Shown here piece after piece: positions 25,684 through 35,733 of a DNA stretch of 44,001 nt. This stretch comes from a virus (Duplodnaviria; Caudoviricetes). The DNA lies in the IMG/VR virus record IMGVR_UViG_3300020045_006091, positions 1-44,001 of that record; one strand, given 5' to 3'. The translations under genes were made by a program, and so were the position numbers. The notes under the pieces are model-generated. The model saw only the letters and a list, made by a program, of their open reading frames with translations. It was not told the origin of the DNA and did not search any database. Within the stretch, counting starts at the first letter, position 1, and every line of letters starts with the position of its first letter.

Positions 25684-28600
25684 TTATGCCGTATATCTAC
25701 TTGGTTGTGTGTTTTTATCTATTCTATCCTGATAATAACCGTTTTGTTTTCTTAGCTCTTCTACTTCTTTTCTTAATTCTCTAAGTTCTTTAATAATAGC
25801 ATTTGAATTAAATGGGTCGTTTGAGTTTTTTAGTGGGATGATAATCTCATCGTAAGATTTTTCTCCTATCATTCCCATAATTCCACCTCGTCCACCTTTT
25901 ACCAATCCCCCCTCTGCGAAAGGAGTAAATTTTTCATTGTTAGTTGGTGCTGCTTGTAGCATTGCCCCTGAAATTTCAGCTATGGACAATCCACTATTTA
26001 CCCAATAATCTAATCCTGCTTGGTCAGGCTGTCGTCCCAATCCCCCTGAATATAATGCTGTAATTGCGTTAACTCTTGACATCTCTCCTGATGCTTCTGC
26101 TCCAGCAATTAATGTTTGTCCAAATGTACTTGTTTGCACATTTCCACTGGCTAATTGTGAATTCCAGTAGTCTGCTCCTGCTTGGTCAGGGGTTCTCCCT
26201 AGTATTTCTTTATATTTTTCAGTAATAAATGTTTTTTGTATCCCATTTATTGCATCTATCTGCACTCTTGTATTTTCTTCAATCATTTTTAAATAATCAA
26301 TTTGAGTGAGTGCGGTTGTTTCCATACTACTAAATTGATTGGCTGCTACAAGTTGAGCAAATTTTTGATCTCTGGTTGCCGTGAAATTTTCAGCATCAAA
26401 TAGCACACTTGATGCTGAAATTGTATCTTGAAGCGATGCTTGGAATGATGCTATATCGCTACTTCCTGACAATGATAGTGTTTTTCTCATTGAGTTATAG
26501 TATTTTTCTAGGCTATATTCAGATCCTAATGCATCCCCTTTTAATTTATCAATTATCCCAGATAGTGAGCTAACTGCACTTTCTAAAGAAGATATGTTTT
26601 TTGTTGTATCTGAGAGCATGGTGCTTAAACTTGTTTTTAGTGCTTCTTTGTTTGCTTTTTCTGTGGCATCTAAAGCTTCTTTATTTGCTTTCATAAATGT
26701 AAGTTCACTATCAGTTAGCCCATCTATTCCTTGTGATAATGTTTTAAACAAAATATCTAATTCTGTATATGTTGTAGCCAAAGGAACACTAAAGCTATTT
26801 GCCATGTCCTGCATTAATTGTTCTTGTGTTTTAAAACTATCCTGCCATTCTTTTATATTAGATTGAGATTGTCTTGCAACCTCTCCTATTTCCGTAAAGC
26901 TGTCGGCAAGTTGCATGACCGAAATAAAAGTTTCTCTTCCTGCCTCTGTTGTAACATCCAAACTATCTACTAATCTTCTAAACCCCTCATATGTTTTTGG
27001 TGCTACTAAATTTAAGCTTTCAAAATTTTCATTGAGCATATTTAAAGTATTTGCATATCTTTCTGCCTCTGTGAAATAACTATCATAATAACTAGATGTA
27101 AGATTTGCAAAATCCCCTATACTTCCTGATATATCCAAAAGAGATTCCGAAACTACTAATTTGTTTTCAGTTATGTTTTTTCCAAATAACTTAAGTGTTT
27201 CTGTCACTATTGTGATGTCATTTGCCACTCTTGTCATTGTTTCAAAAAGCCCTTCCCCTGCCTTTTGGTAAGCTGTTATCATTGGAAACGCTGTTACTGC
27301 AATTCCATCTGCTATTTCTGAAAATATATTTGATAGTTGTTCTTGAAGTTCATCCCCTGTTTTTCCTTCTGTTGATATTTTTCCAATACTTATTGTAAAA
27401 CTTGCTAAGCTAGATTCGATTGCGCTTGAACTAACATCCAATGCTTGTCCTGCTAATATTGTAGTGCCATATAAGTTTTCTAGTACCATCGAGAACTGGT
27501 TATTTATTTCATCATTTAAGCTTTCAAAATAAGTGCTTACGCTTGTTGAAGTGGATGATGAAAACCAAGATTTTTTCTTTACTGTGGTTGTTATTTCTTG
27601 GTAAGATTGACCATTTATTTCTTTAATAGCTTCTGATAAAAGGGCATCATTAAAGTTTATACCGTAGTCTGTTAAGCTTTGACTTGTAGATGTTTTTCCA
27701 AATAGCCCACCAAGCAAACCATTGATAGCCCCTCCAATTAAATTAGAAATTGCCCCACCTAGTAAGAATTTATCTATTGCGGCAACTGCTAGTCCAACGC
27801 CTGTTGCGGCAAGTGTTGCTGCGCCCATTGTTGCTACTCCACTAGATAACCCTAACATATTTAGAGTTGTTATTCCTACCCCAGTATTTGCAGCAGCTAA
27901 TGCTAATCCTCCTGCTGTTTGTAATCCGCTTCCCACTGATACATTGTTGCTATACCCTGTATCATATGCCCCAGTGTATCCCTCTCCAAAAGCAAATCCA
28001 CCCTGTCTTATAAGTAGCGATGTAACTCCACCTATCTTTTGGTCTATACTAGCTAAACTTTCTGCCATTTGTTGTGATAGTCTGTACTCAGGTTTTGCAA
28101 ATTCTTCTAGTATAGATAGACTGTTTTTAATTGATTCACTTGTTTTGCTTGTATCACCAAGAACTGATCCTGTTCCTATGTTTTCTGCTTGTGCTGAAAA
28201 AGCATCTGACGAAGTAGTGACTTTTTCTTTTCCCCCTAGCATAATTCCAAAAGAAGCCAACATAGCAGCCATTGCCGCTGCCGTTATAAACCCAGTCCAC
28301 GGTGAGCTTTGTGCTGCAACTGCTACGGCTGTTACTCCTGCGGCTTCTGACTTAATCGCTTCTTGCGTTACGAATAGTGAAGTAAATGCTGTACTTTGAA
28401 GCATCGTAGTAAGTTGCATTGCCATTTCTGCCATGTGTAGAGCTTTTGACACATCTGCTTGTTTTTTCTTTCTTTGGTCATCTTCATCATAAAAAGAACC
28501 CATTGCATCTGACATATTTGCATAAGTGCCTATTTGCTTATAAGAGTTCTCGATAGTCATTTTGTCAAGTTTATTTTTTTCTTCTGCATACTGTATTGAG

Positions 28601-31413
28601 TTTTTATCAAGAACTGATACTTTTGCTTGTTGTGTAGCAATTTTTGAGTTCTCGTTTACTACACTTGATAGTCCATTTACAATCCCTGCTATGCTTTTAC
28701 TTGTATCATCAAAGCCGTTTAGTTTTATGTCAATCTCAAAAGTTTTCTTTTCAAAAATTTTAGTTAGATCATCTTTTGCTTTTTCTAAGTTTTCAGTTAG
28801 TCTAGCTTTTGCTAACTTGTCGGCTTCAGTCATTTCACCGTTTATTTTGTTAAACTCTTCTGCTAGTTTATTGTATTTTTCTGTTATTTGGTCTATGGCT
28901 GTGGTGTACTCAGTGCTTGATATAAAACCGCTTCCATCTGTGTCCATGTTTCTTTCAACGCTTTTAACATCTAGCTCAAACATTTTTACTTTTGCTTTAA
29001 ACTCTTTTTCTCTATCTTGCATTTGCTTTTCAGCTATTGCAGCATCTTCTTTGCTTAGTGCTATTTTTGCTTCTGCAAATTTAATTTGGGCTTTATTTTG
29101 TTGGTCTTGATTTGCGTTTGACTTTATTGCAAAGTCCCACATCTCTTTTGAAGTTTTCAACTCATCTACAAGAATAGCTCTTTTTTTATCGGCTATGGCT
29201 ACCTCATCATTGTTTGCTATGGCTAGTTTGTACGCTGCGTCTAATGCAAGTTTGGATGAGTTTCTTGTTTGTTCAAATTCTTTTTCTTGTATTTTTTGAG
29301 TTTCTTCTGCTATTTTTTGTCTTGAAGCAGCGGTGTTTCTTTCATTTTGTGCCTGTTGCTCAATGTTGGCTTTTAGTTGCTTCTGAGTAACTTCTAGTTG
29401 TGTCTTATTTACGGCTGTGTCGGGCTTGTCTTTAAACCCTGCTATCTCTTTTTCAAGCCCAAGTTGAATTTGTTTAAGTTTTACTTGTAGTTCTAAATCT
29501 TTTTTTATTTTTTCTTCTTGCTCGAATATTTCACCTTTTGCTTTTATGGTTTCTTTGTTTCTTTCTGCCATATATGCAATGTCTTCTTTAATCTTGGTTA
29601 CCATATCTCCTGTTTGAGCTTCTGTTTTTTTACCTGATATGATATTGTCATATTCTTGTGCAAGTTTAATGTTTTCTTCTAGGCTTTTACTTAAATTTTC
29701 TTTAGCTGCCGCTTCTTCTAATGTAAATTTTGCTTTTTTTGATATAGCTACTAGATATTCTGATTCGTATCCTAAAGACATTTCTGGTTCACTATTCATA
29801 CTTGCAAGTTCTGCTTTTTGAGAAGCTATTTTTCTTGCTAATTGGTCTTGCTCTAGTTTTGCTTGTGCCTTACCTAGTTTTTCAATATCAGATACTTTTC
29901 TACTTGTTATTTTTGAAAGTTCGTTTTCTTTTTCTGCATTGTTATCCAAAGTGCTATTATATATTTCATATACTGCTGTTAGCGCAATAAGAGGTGCGCT
30001 TGCTAGTGCTACTCCTTTTAGTGCAGTTCCTAAAGTTCTCGTTGCTATGGTGGCTGCTTCTGATGATACGGTTGCTTTTTTTGTTGCCATGCTATATGCC
30101 AACATTGCTAGTTCTGCTGCACCTATTATCGCTGGAATTGACTTCCATGCTAAGTAACCTAGTGCTACATCACCAATGTACCCCGATGCTGTTTTTAATG
30201 CTTCGTATGTTTTTGTTCCCCATTCTATGATGGCTTCTTTGTTGTCAGTAATGTCTTTTGTCAGTATCTTAAATACATCTTTTAAGTCTTCAAATACTGG
30301 ATCAGATAACTCTTGCATAGTGTCCGACCATACTTTTTGCAAGGCAATCAAGTTTTTACTGTATGAATCAACATCTTTCATCGGCTCAAAAGCTCTCATC
30401 ATGTCGGTCATAAGATCACTTACGCCTTCTGCTCCTCTTTTTTTAGCATCTCTTATTGCTTCGTTTGCTTGTGTTGGTGAGCCAAATAGCATAATAGCCA
30501 AGAGGGAGTCGGTTGAAGCATTGCCTGAGAGCATTGATCTAGTTTCTTCTTGTACTTTTTGCATCTCCATACCGACCGAGCCACCAACGATAGACATGCT
30601 TTGAACGAATTTAATTGTGTTTGAGATGATGTCTTTGGTCGTTTTTCCAAAAGAGTCACCCATCCCCAATGTGTGACCGATAGCTTGTTGAAAGAGTTGA
30701 GTGAGTTGAGGGAATGTGGCAAAAGTACCGACTGTGGCTGCTTTTAAATCTACAAGTGTTTGTTTGGCTAAAGCTTGACCTAATTGGAATTTTTCGTAAC
30801 TATTTACTACTTTCCCATTTGATAAAACCATTTGAGTGTTTGCGGAAACCAAAGCAGCGATACCAGACATATTGTCTTCCATCATCTTGTTTGTTTCTAT
30901 ACCTGCTCCTAGCGTTTTGTCCCACGCTGTCTTTGCGGTGTATAGAACAAGTGCCATAGTTTCTAGTTGTCTTAGGTGTCTTACTAGCGAGTTTGTTGAA
31001 CTATCTGTTGCTTTTGTATGTTTTTCTTTTTGTTCTGTTGATTGCTTAGATAGGGCTACTGATTGTGTTATTGCGCTTAGTTCTGTTGATTGAGCGGATG
31101 CTTTTGCTTTTAGTGCATTTTGTTCTGCTTGTAATACTTTTATATTGCTTTTTCTTTCTGCTATCTCGTCTTTGAGTGTGTTTACTGTTTCTTTGTCGCT
31201 AGAATTTGAACTTTTTTTAGCTGTTTCAAGATTTTTCATTGATGATGCTAAAAGTTCTTTTTGCTTTGCTAATTCTTTGCTTTTAGCAGTTACTTCTTCT
31301 GTTGATTTAGCCCAGTCGTTATATGTAGACTTGTAGTATTTTTTTATCCCGTCTAAACTTTCTCTTAGCTTTTTATCATCTACCTCTAGTATGGTTTTTA
31401 TTGAAGGTGGCAT
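25684..31413 (-). CDS. Tape measure protein (1909 aa)
   Basis: Very long Ala/Lys/Glu helical ORF after the tail chaperone, with a Gly/Ala hydrophobic stretch and FAEGG near the C-terminus. Confidence 0.93.
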   Translation of the reverse strand: MPPSIKTILEVDDKKLRESLDGIKKYYKSTYNDWAKSTEEVTAKSKELAKQKELLASSMKNLETAKKSSNSSDKETVNTLKDEIAERKSNIKVLQAEQNALKAKASAQSTELSAITQSVALSKQSTEQKEKHTKATDSSTNSLVRHLRQLETMALVLYTAKTAWDKTLGAGIETNKMMEDNMSGIAALVSANTQMVLSNGKVVNSYEKFQLGQALAKQTLVDLKAATVGTFATFPQLTQLFQQAIGHTLGMGDSFGKTTKDIISNTIKFVQSMSIVGGSVGMEMQKVQEETRSMLSGNASTDSLLAIMLFGSPTQANEAIRDAKKRGAEGVSDLMTDMMRAFEPMKDVDSYSKNLIALQKVWSDTMQELSDPVFEDLKDVFKILTKDITDNKEAIIEWGTKTYEALKTASGYIGDVALGYLAWKSIPAIIGAAELAMLAYSMATKKATVSSEAATIATRTLGTALKGVALASAPLIALTAVYEIYNSTLDNNAEKENELSKITSRKVSDIEKLGKAQAKLEQDQLARKIASQKAELASMNSEPEMSLGYESEYLVAISKKAKFTLEEAAAKENLSKSLEENIKLAQEYDNIISGKKTEAQTGDMVTKIKEDIAYMAERNKETIKAKGEIFEQEEKIKKDLELQVKLKQIQLGLEKEIAGFKDKPDTAVNKTQLEVTQKQLKANIEQQAQNERNTAASRQKIAEETQKIQEKEFEQTRNSSKLALDAAYKLAIANNDEVAIADKKRAILVDELKTSKEMWDFAIKSNANQDQQNKAQIKFAEAKIALSKEDAAIAEKQMQDREKEFKAKVKMFELDVKSVERNMDTDGSGFISSTEYTTAIDQITEKYNKLAEEFNKINGEMTEADKLAKARLTENLEKAKDDLTKIFEKKTFEIDIKLNGFDDTSKSIAGIVNGLSSVVNENSKIATQQAKVSVLDKNSIQYAEEKNKLDKMTIENSYKQIGTYANMSDAMGSFYDEDDQRKKKQADVSKALHMAEMAMQLTTMLQSTAFTSLFVTQEAIKSEAAGVTAVAVAAQSSPWTGFITAAAMAAMLASFGIMLGGKEKVTTSSDAFSAQAENIGTGSVLGDTSKTSESIKNSLSILEEFAKPEYRLSQQMAESLASIDQKIGGVTSLLIRQGGFAFGEGYTGAYDTGYSNNVSVGSGLQTAGGLALAAANTGVGITTLNMLGLSSGVATMGAATLAATGVGLAVAAIDKFLLGGAISNLIGGAINGLLGGLFGKTSTSQSLTDYGINFNDALLSEAIKEINGQSYQEITTTVKKKSWFSSSTSTSVSTYFESLNDEINNQFSMVLENLYGTTILAGQALDVSSSAIESSLASFTISIGKISTEGKTGDELQEQLSNIFSEIADGIAVTAFPMITAYQKAGEGLFETMTRVANDITIVTETLKLFGKNITENKLVVSESLLDISGSIGDFANLTSSYYDSYFTEAERYANTLNMLNENFESLNLVAPKTYEGFRRLVDSLDVTTEAGRETFISVMQLADSFTEIGEVARQSQSNIKEWQDSFKTQEQLMQDMANSFSVPLATTYTELDILFKTLSQGIDGLTDSELTFMKANKEALDATEKANKEALKTSLSTMLSDTTKNISSLESAVSSLSGIIDKLKGDALGSEYSLEKYYNSMRKTLSLSGSSDIASFQASLQDTISASSVLFDAENFTATRDQKFAQLVAANQFSSMETTALTQIDYLKMIEENTRVQIDAINGIQKTFITEKYKEILGRTPDQAGADYWNSQLASGNVQTSTFGQTLIAGAEASGEMSRVNAITALYSGGLGRQPDQAGLDYWVNSGLSIAEISGAMLQAAPTNNEKFTPFAEGGLVKGGRGGIMGMIGEKSYDEIIIPLKNSNDPFNSNAIIKELRELRKEVEELRKQNGYYQDRIDKNTQPSRYTA

Positions 31414-31444
31414 TATGACTCGCTTATGATGGAATATTTGAAAT

Positions 31445-31453
31445 ATTATATCA
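31445..31453 (-). promoter_or_regulatory. Extended -10 promoter upstream of the TMP gene
   Basis: TGATATAAT about 30 nt before the ATG. Confidence 0.55.
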
Positions 31454-31465
31454 TAAAATGTATTT

Positions 31466-31491
31466 GAGAGGCTATTTTTGGGTAGCCTCTC
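31466..31491. terminator. Hairpin at the end of the gpT-like ORF
   Basis: GAGAGGCTA-N8-TAGCCTCTC; weak U-tract on the minus strand. Confidence 0.45.
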
Positions 31492-31831
31492 GTTCTTGTT
31501 TTTTCAACATCTCTTGTTCAAACTTTTTAAAAAAATATAAATATCTTGTCAAATCAATATTGTAATCTCTTTTGCCAAGTTCTCCGATAGTCCATTGATC
31601 TAACCCATCTATATAAGAACTCATGCCACCTGACTTTATTGTATATTTACTTGTTTCAAGAAAAAAACTAAATACTTCTTTTGCAAGTCGTGGTGCTTTT
31701 GGTTGAAAGTAAGCATCTATTCTTCTTTTTACATTGTCCTCTATGAGTTCTTTTTCTGTAATTTTTTGATGATAGATAAATCTTCTTTCCTCAATATGTT
31801 TTTCGTCAAACCACCACTCTATAAGTTTCCC
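31472..31831 (-). CDS. gpT-like -1 frameshift extension of the tail assembly chaperone
   Basis: Open frame of about 119 codons with no early ATG, entered at G-GGA-AAC (31825-31831). Confidence 0.82.
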   Translation of the reverse strand, partial: GKLIEWWFDEKHIEERRFIYHQKITEKELIEDNVKRRIDAYFQPKAPRLAKEVFSFFLETSKYTIKSGGMSSYIDGLDQWTIGELGKRDYNIDLTRYLYFFKKFEQEMLKKQEREATQK

Positions 31832-32436
31832 AAAGATTTACCAACTGCACTCAATGTTGCATCAAGGGCTGAGTAATAGATTTGCATTTTTACAAGTTCT
31901 TTTTCCCAGTCGCTTAAATCTTCAAAGTTTAAACCTGAAATTTCAATCTTTTTATCGCCTAGCTCTTTGGCTGCATCTTCAAGTTCTTTTTTTGTTTTTT
32001 TATTTGTAGGATTTTGGGTATATTCAGTGTTTAGCTTTGTAACTTTTTCACTTTTTTTAACCAAGTCTTCTACTTCAATAAAGTTTGGCAGTCTGCACAT
32101 TTCTGTTTTTGGCGTGTATTTAAAAGTGCCATCTTCTTCTTGAAAATATGATACTTTTTTTACTACTTCATGAATAAAATCTCCTACCTCCATGGAAGTA
32201 AATTTACTTGTCAGCTCTTCTGTTGTGAGTAAAAGTTTTGCCAATTCAAGTTTGTTTTTTTGGATTAACGCATATTTTTCAGGCTCTGCAACTGGGTTGT
32301 TCCCATATGATTCTAGTTTCTTTTGTAGCTCAGGATGTAGTTTTTTCTTTGCTAGAAGCTTATCTGTAAAAGATAATATTTCCCCCTCAAATCCTTTCTG
32401 TATCGCCAACTGTACTTTTTCTATTGTCTTAGACAT
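31819..32436 (-). CDS. Tail assembly chaperone (gpG-like); start probably ATG 32436
   Basis: Between tail tube and TMP; ends in the slippery GGGAAAC. Confidence 0.8.
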   Translation of the reverse strand: MSKTIEKVQLAIQKGFEGEILSFTDKLLAKKKLHPELQKKLESYGNNPVAEPEKYALIQKNKLELAKLLLTTEELTSKFTSMEVGDFIHEVVKKVSYFQEEDGTFKYTPKTEMCRLPNFIEVEDLVKKSEKVTKLNTEYTQNPTNKKTKKELEDAAKELGDKKIEISGLNFEDLSDWEKELVKMQIYYSALDATLSAVGKSLGNL

Positions 32437-32465
32437 ATTCCACTCCTTAAAAATTTGTATTTTTT

Positions 32466-32474
32466 ATTATATCA
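32466..32474 (-). promoter_or_regulatory. Extended -10 promoter upstream of the chaperone gene
   Basis: TGATATAAT in the intergenic gap. Confidence 0.55.
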
Positions 32475-32523
32475 TATTTTTTTGTTTTTGGAAGTATATT
32501 TCCATAGTAGTTTTTTATGAGTA

Positions 32524-32539
32524 GGGGGAGTTATCCCCC
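32524..32539. terminator. Hairpin after the tail tube gene
   Basis: GGGGGA-GTTA-TCCCCC just past the stop codon; no clear U-tract. Confidence 0.4.
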
Positions 32540-32543
32540 GATA

Positions 32544-33722
32544 TTAGTAGTTTACTTCTGAATAAACCACATAGCTTACTGTTGCTGTGGTGCTATTTCC
32601 ATCTGCTGTTAAAGGGATGGTTAAATATGCAGGTTCGTTTGTTGTAAAGTCTGGATCTACTCTATCTTTTTCTACACTTGGAAATGTAAAATGAGCTAAA
32701 TCTCCATTTGTTTTACCAAACTGTGCCACTACTGCCACATTTGCATTGTTGTATGCACTTAGATATTGTTCCTTGGTAAACTTTAGTTGGATTTCTCCAT
32801 CTACGGTCATTTGTGGAATGTTTGATACTTTTGTATTTTGTGCTACTGCATCTACCAAAGCAACATTTCTGTTAATTGTCATTCTAAAGCTTCTAGCATT
32901 TACTGGAACTGCCCCACCAACTTGAATTTTCAAGTCATCGTATCCAAATGGTAGTTCTGTCATGTCTTGCTCAACATACCCTGCCACATCTTCAACGGAA
33001 GTAAATGTAGCATCGGATACATTATCACTTGCGCTCATCGCTACTACTGGCAATGAGTATTTATGAATGATAGTTCCATTTGCTTTTGCGATTTCATAAG
33101 AATTTAAAAAGTTTCCTTTGAAACGCTTAATAAATGTTGAAACACTACCGCATCCTGCACTTGCTGTATATTCTGCGCCAAATGATTTTAGACATGGCTC
33201 TGATTCTCCAACATATTTTTTCAATACTCCACGAACCATCCATGTTACAGTGCCATCTACAATAGTATCACCACTTGATAATCCAACCATACTTGGTTCT
33301 GTTGCTCCTGATGTTCCACCTACTATACACACAAGGTTATGTACTGCATCTGTATGGACTAAAATATCACCTGTAACTGCGTAAGGATCAAAAGGTGCAT
33401 ATACTGTCAATGTTACCCATGCTTCTGCTGTTACATTTGTTTTGGTTGCTGTACCTAATACATGCTCTGTAATAAATGGCATAACATCGCCCATTATTTT
33501 ATTTTCAAGATTTCCTGCAAAATCTGATGTCCCTCTATCTTTTTTACTTGCCTGACCGCCTGAACTGATTTTTGTGTTCATTTCAGTTTTTTGAGTGTCT
33601 TTTAAAGTACAAGTTATCAACCCTGTAAGCTTTAAGGCATTTGGAGTTGCAGGGATTGTGTTTTCTGCCACCTCTTTCCATACTACAATTTTATCAAAAT
33701 TGAAGTTCGTTTCGTTTGCCAT
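32544..33722 (-). CDS. Major tail tube protein with inserted small domain
   Basis: Position and size; insert GGTSGATEP..DGTVTW. Confidence 0.8.
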   Translation of the reverse strand: MANETNFNFDKIVVWKEVAENTIPATPNALKLTGLITCTLKDTQKTEMNTKISSGGQASKKDRGTSDFAGNLENKIMGDVMPFITEHVLGTATKTNVTAEAWVTLTVYAPFDPYAVTGDILVHTDAVHNLVCIVGGTSGATEPSMVGLSSGDTIVDGTVTWMVRGVLKKYVGESEPCLKSFGAEYTASAGCGSVSTFIKRFKGNFLNSYEIAKANGTIIHKYSLPVVAMSASDNVSDATFTSVEDVAGYVEQDMTELPFGYDDLKIQVGGAVPVNARSFRMTINRNVALVDAVAQNTKVSNIPQMTVDGEIQLKFTKEQYLSAYNNANVAVVAQFGKTNGDLAHFTFPSVEKDRVDPDFTTNEPAYLTIPLTADGNSTTATVSYVVYSEVNY

Positions 33723-33731
33723 TTTGTATCC

Positions 33732-34205
33732 TTATATTGAATTTGGTTTACCGAATGTGATAAACATGTTAGCTTGAACATCATCTGAATACCCTACCTC
33801 TGATACTACTATTTGTGTTCTTAGCACTCTTATATCTTCTCCACTTATGCCACAACTTATTTGTTTAAGCAAAATTTCTTCTGCTTTTAAAGCCAACAAC
33901 TCTACTTTATCAGAGGAGTCCCAAATGGTTATATTTGAATCAGTGATTGACTCGTCACTTCCAATTATGGCTATTGCGATAGGGATAATAAACGAATCTC
34001 TCCAAAACTGCTCACCTGCGTAATCTTTATCTAAAGAGTCGCTGTAAACTGTTAGGAATGGAAGCTGCTCATTGCTGTTATCATCTACTGGTGCAGATCG
34101 GTAAAAGTTTAATGATGAACCTATTGTTACATTACAAAATGCTTGATATTCTGCACTATTGTAAAGCGTATCTGTGATCCATTTTTTCAATGTACCCATA
34201 TTCAT
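33732..34205 (-). CDS. Putative tail terminator
   Basis: 157 aa immediately before the tail tube; PFLTVY motif. Confidence 0.6.
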   Translation of the reverse strand: MNMGTLKKWITDTLYNSAEYQAFCNVTIGSSLNFYRSAPVDDNSNEQLPFLTVYSDSLDKDYAGEQFWRDSFIIPIAIAIIGSDESITDSNITIWDSSDKVELLALKAEEILLKQISCGISGEDIRVLRTQIVVSEVGYSDDVQANMFITFGKPNSI

Positions 34206-34879
34206 CCTGCTTTTACCTCCTTGATGATTACATTTGCTCTATTTATTTGCCTGTGGATAAGTTTTTCAAGAGTTGTAGTCATAATTTCTGCTACTCTCCC
34301 TCTTGCGTTACTGTATCCTTCTTCCATAAAGTGTTGAGGCTTATAGTTCCCTTTTTCTCTAAGATGTTTAAAGATAGCTTTTTGCTCTTTGTTCTCATAA
34401 ATATTTTCGTAATATTTGTCACTACCATCACCTGAGTTTAGTTTTTGTAGAATGGCGTAAGACCTTTTTGATACTGCTCCTACAATTCCTAAATCTCCTA
34501 TGACCCCACCATCTCTTCTTTGTTTTGGTCTTAGTCTTGAATGCTTACCACCTACTACCATTATCATTGTTTTTGGGTCAAGGTTTGAGGTGATAAAACT
34601 TTCCATACTAGATGGGTCTGCCATATTGCCTTTATTTTTATGAGAAATTCTTTGCCCTAGTATCTGTTGAATATTGCCACCCGTGGATCTAACTTTAAGT
34701 TTTCCATTTTCATAGAATTGCGAAAACTTTGTGGTTTTTGTTCTAAGTCCTTTTCGTGAAGCTTCTCTTATCACTGTTCCTGCGTGGTCTAACGCATCTA
34801 ACCCTTGACCATAATTTGCTTTAGCAATCTCGTCTAGCATTGGGATTGCGTTTTCAAATATTCTTAGATAAATTGCCAT
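34202..34879 (-). CDS. Putative tail-completion/neck protein (HK97 gp10-like position)
   Basis: Basic protein with KPQHFM; synteny. Confidence 0.55.
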   Translation of the reverse strand: MAIYLRIFENAIPMLDEIAKANYGQGLDALDHAGTVIREASRKGLRTKTTKFSQFYENGKLKVRSTGGNIQQILGQRISHKNKGNMADPSSMESFITSNLDPKTMIMVVGGKHSRLRPKQRRDGGVIGDLGIVGAVSKRSYAILQKLNSGDGSDKYYENIYENKEQKAIFKHLREKGNYKPQHFMEEGYSNARGRVAEIMTTTLEKLIHRQINRANVIIKEVKAG

Positions 34880-34880
34880 C

Positions 34881-35216
34881 TTACTTTACTGGCTTTCCAT
34901 TGTGTCTTGAAATTCTACCATACACATTGTATAGCGTTCCAAGCTTAGTCCATCTTTTAACCTTAAAAGTTTCCCCATCATAAAGAACAGTATCATTTAC
35001 AGTAGGTGTTTGAGTTAGGTTTAATGCTTTGAATGATTGATAATCTTCTAACTTATCTTTCTCTTCTTTGTTAAAAACTCCTCCACCCACAAAGCAATCA
35101 AGAGTAGTTGAGAAGTCATCACTGGCTCTAGTGTAAACTACCGTTCTAGTTGGGGCGATATTTGCGTTTGCAACCCACCCCTCTCTTAGTCCATCTCTAT
35201 ACTCTCTTATGCTCAT
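34881..35216 (-). CDS. Putative head-closure protein (gpFII-like)
   Basis: 111 aa with P..NDTV.YDGETFKV; synteny. Confidence 0.6.
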   Translation of the reverse strand: MSIREYRDGLREGWVANANIAPTRTVVYTRASDDFSTTLDCFVGGGVFNKEEKDKLEDYQSFKALNLTQTPTVNDTVLYDGETFKVKRWTKLGTLYNVYGRISRHNGKPVK

Positions 35217-35381
35217 TTACTTTTCTTCTTTTGGTTTAAACTCTTTTTTTGGCTCAACATAGTCTTTTACTGAACCGCTTTCTTTAAGAGTTTTATACCA
35301 AGAGCCACCCACGCTTAGTGTGTCTCCTACTTTATACTCTTTGCCGTTTACTGTGTCTGGTTTAACAAACTCTACTACCAT
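35217..35381 (-). CDS. 54-aa capsid-region protein
   Basis: MVVEFVKPDTVNGKEYKVGDTL...; exactly fills the gap. Confidence 0.65.
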   Translation of the reverse strand: MVVEFVKPDTVNGKEYKVGDTLSVGGSWYKTLKESGSVKDYVEPKKEFKPKEEK

Positions 35382-35382
35382 G

Positions 35383-35724
35383 TTAAGCCTTTGGTTTTTT
35401 TAATGTAAGCTCTTCTACTTGCTTAATAAGTTCAGCTTTTTCTGCTACTAATTTTTTATTTGCAACCGTAAGCTCCATGCCTTGCTTTTCTAGGTCAGCT
35501 TTTTCTGCTTCCAAGTAATCAACTGCTTCTTCAAGCACTTTAATTTGCTCAAGATATTTTTTGTCGCTTGCCAAAGAAACTTCATTAATGTATTCTTTTG
35601 CTAATCCTGCGCCCACTAAGTCTTTTGCTGTTTGGAGAGGGATGTTTTTCTCTTCATCCCCTACCTCAACTACTTCTCCGTAAGAAAAGCCACCTGTTTT
35701 ACATTCTAGCTTGATGTATTTCAT
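35383..35724 (-). CDS. Hypothetical head-region protein with coiled coil
   Basis: 113 aa, follows the capsid gene. Confidence 0.7.
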   Translation of the reverse strand: MKYIKLECKTGGFSYGEVVEVGDEEKNIPLQTAKDLVGAGLAKEYINEVSLASDKKYLEQIKVLEEAVDYLEAEKADLEKQGMELTVANKKLVAEKAELIKQVEELTLKKPKA

Positions 35725-35733
35725 TGTTTAACC

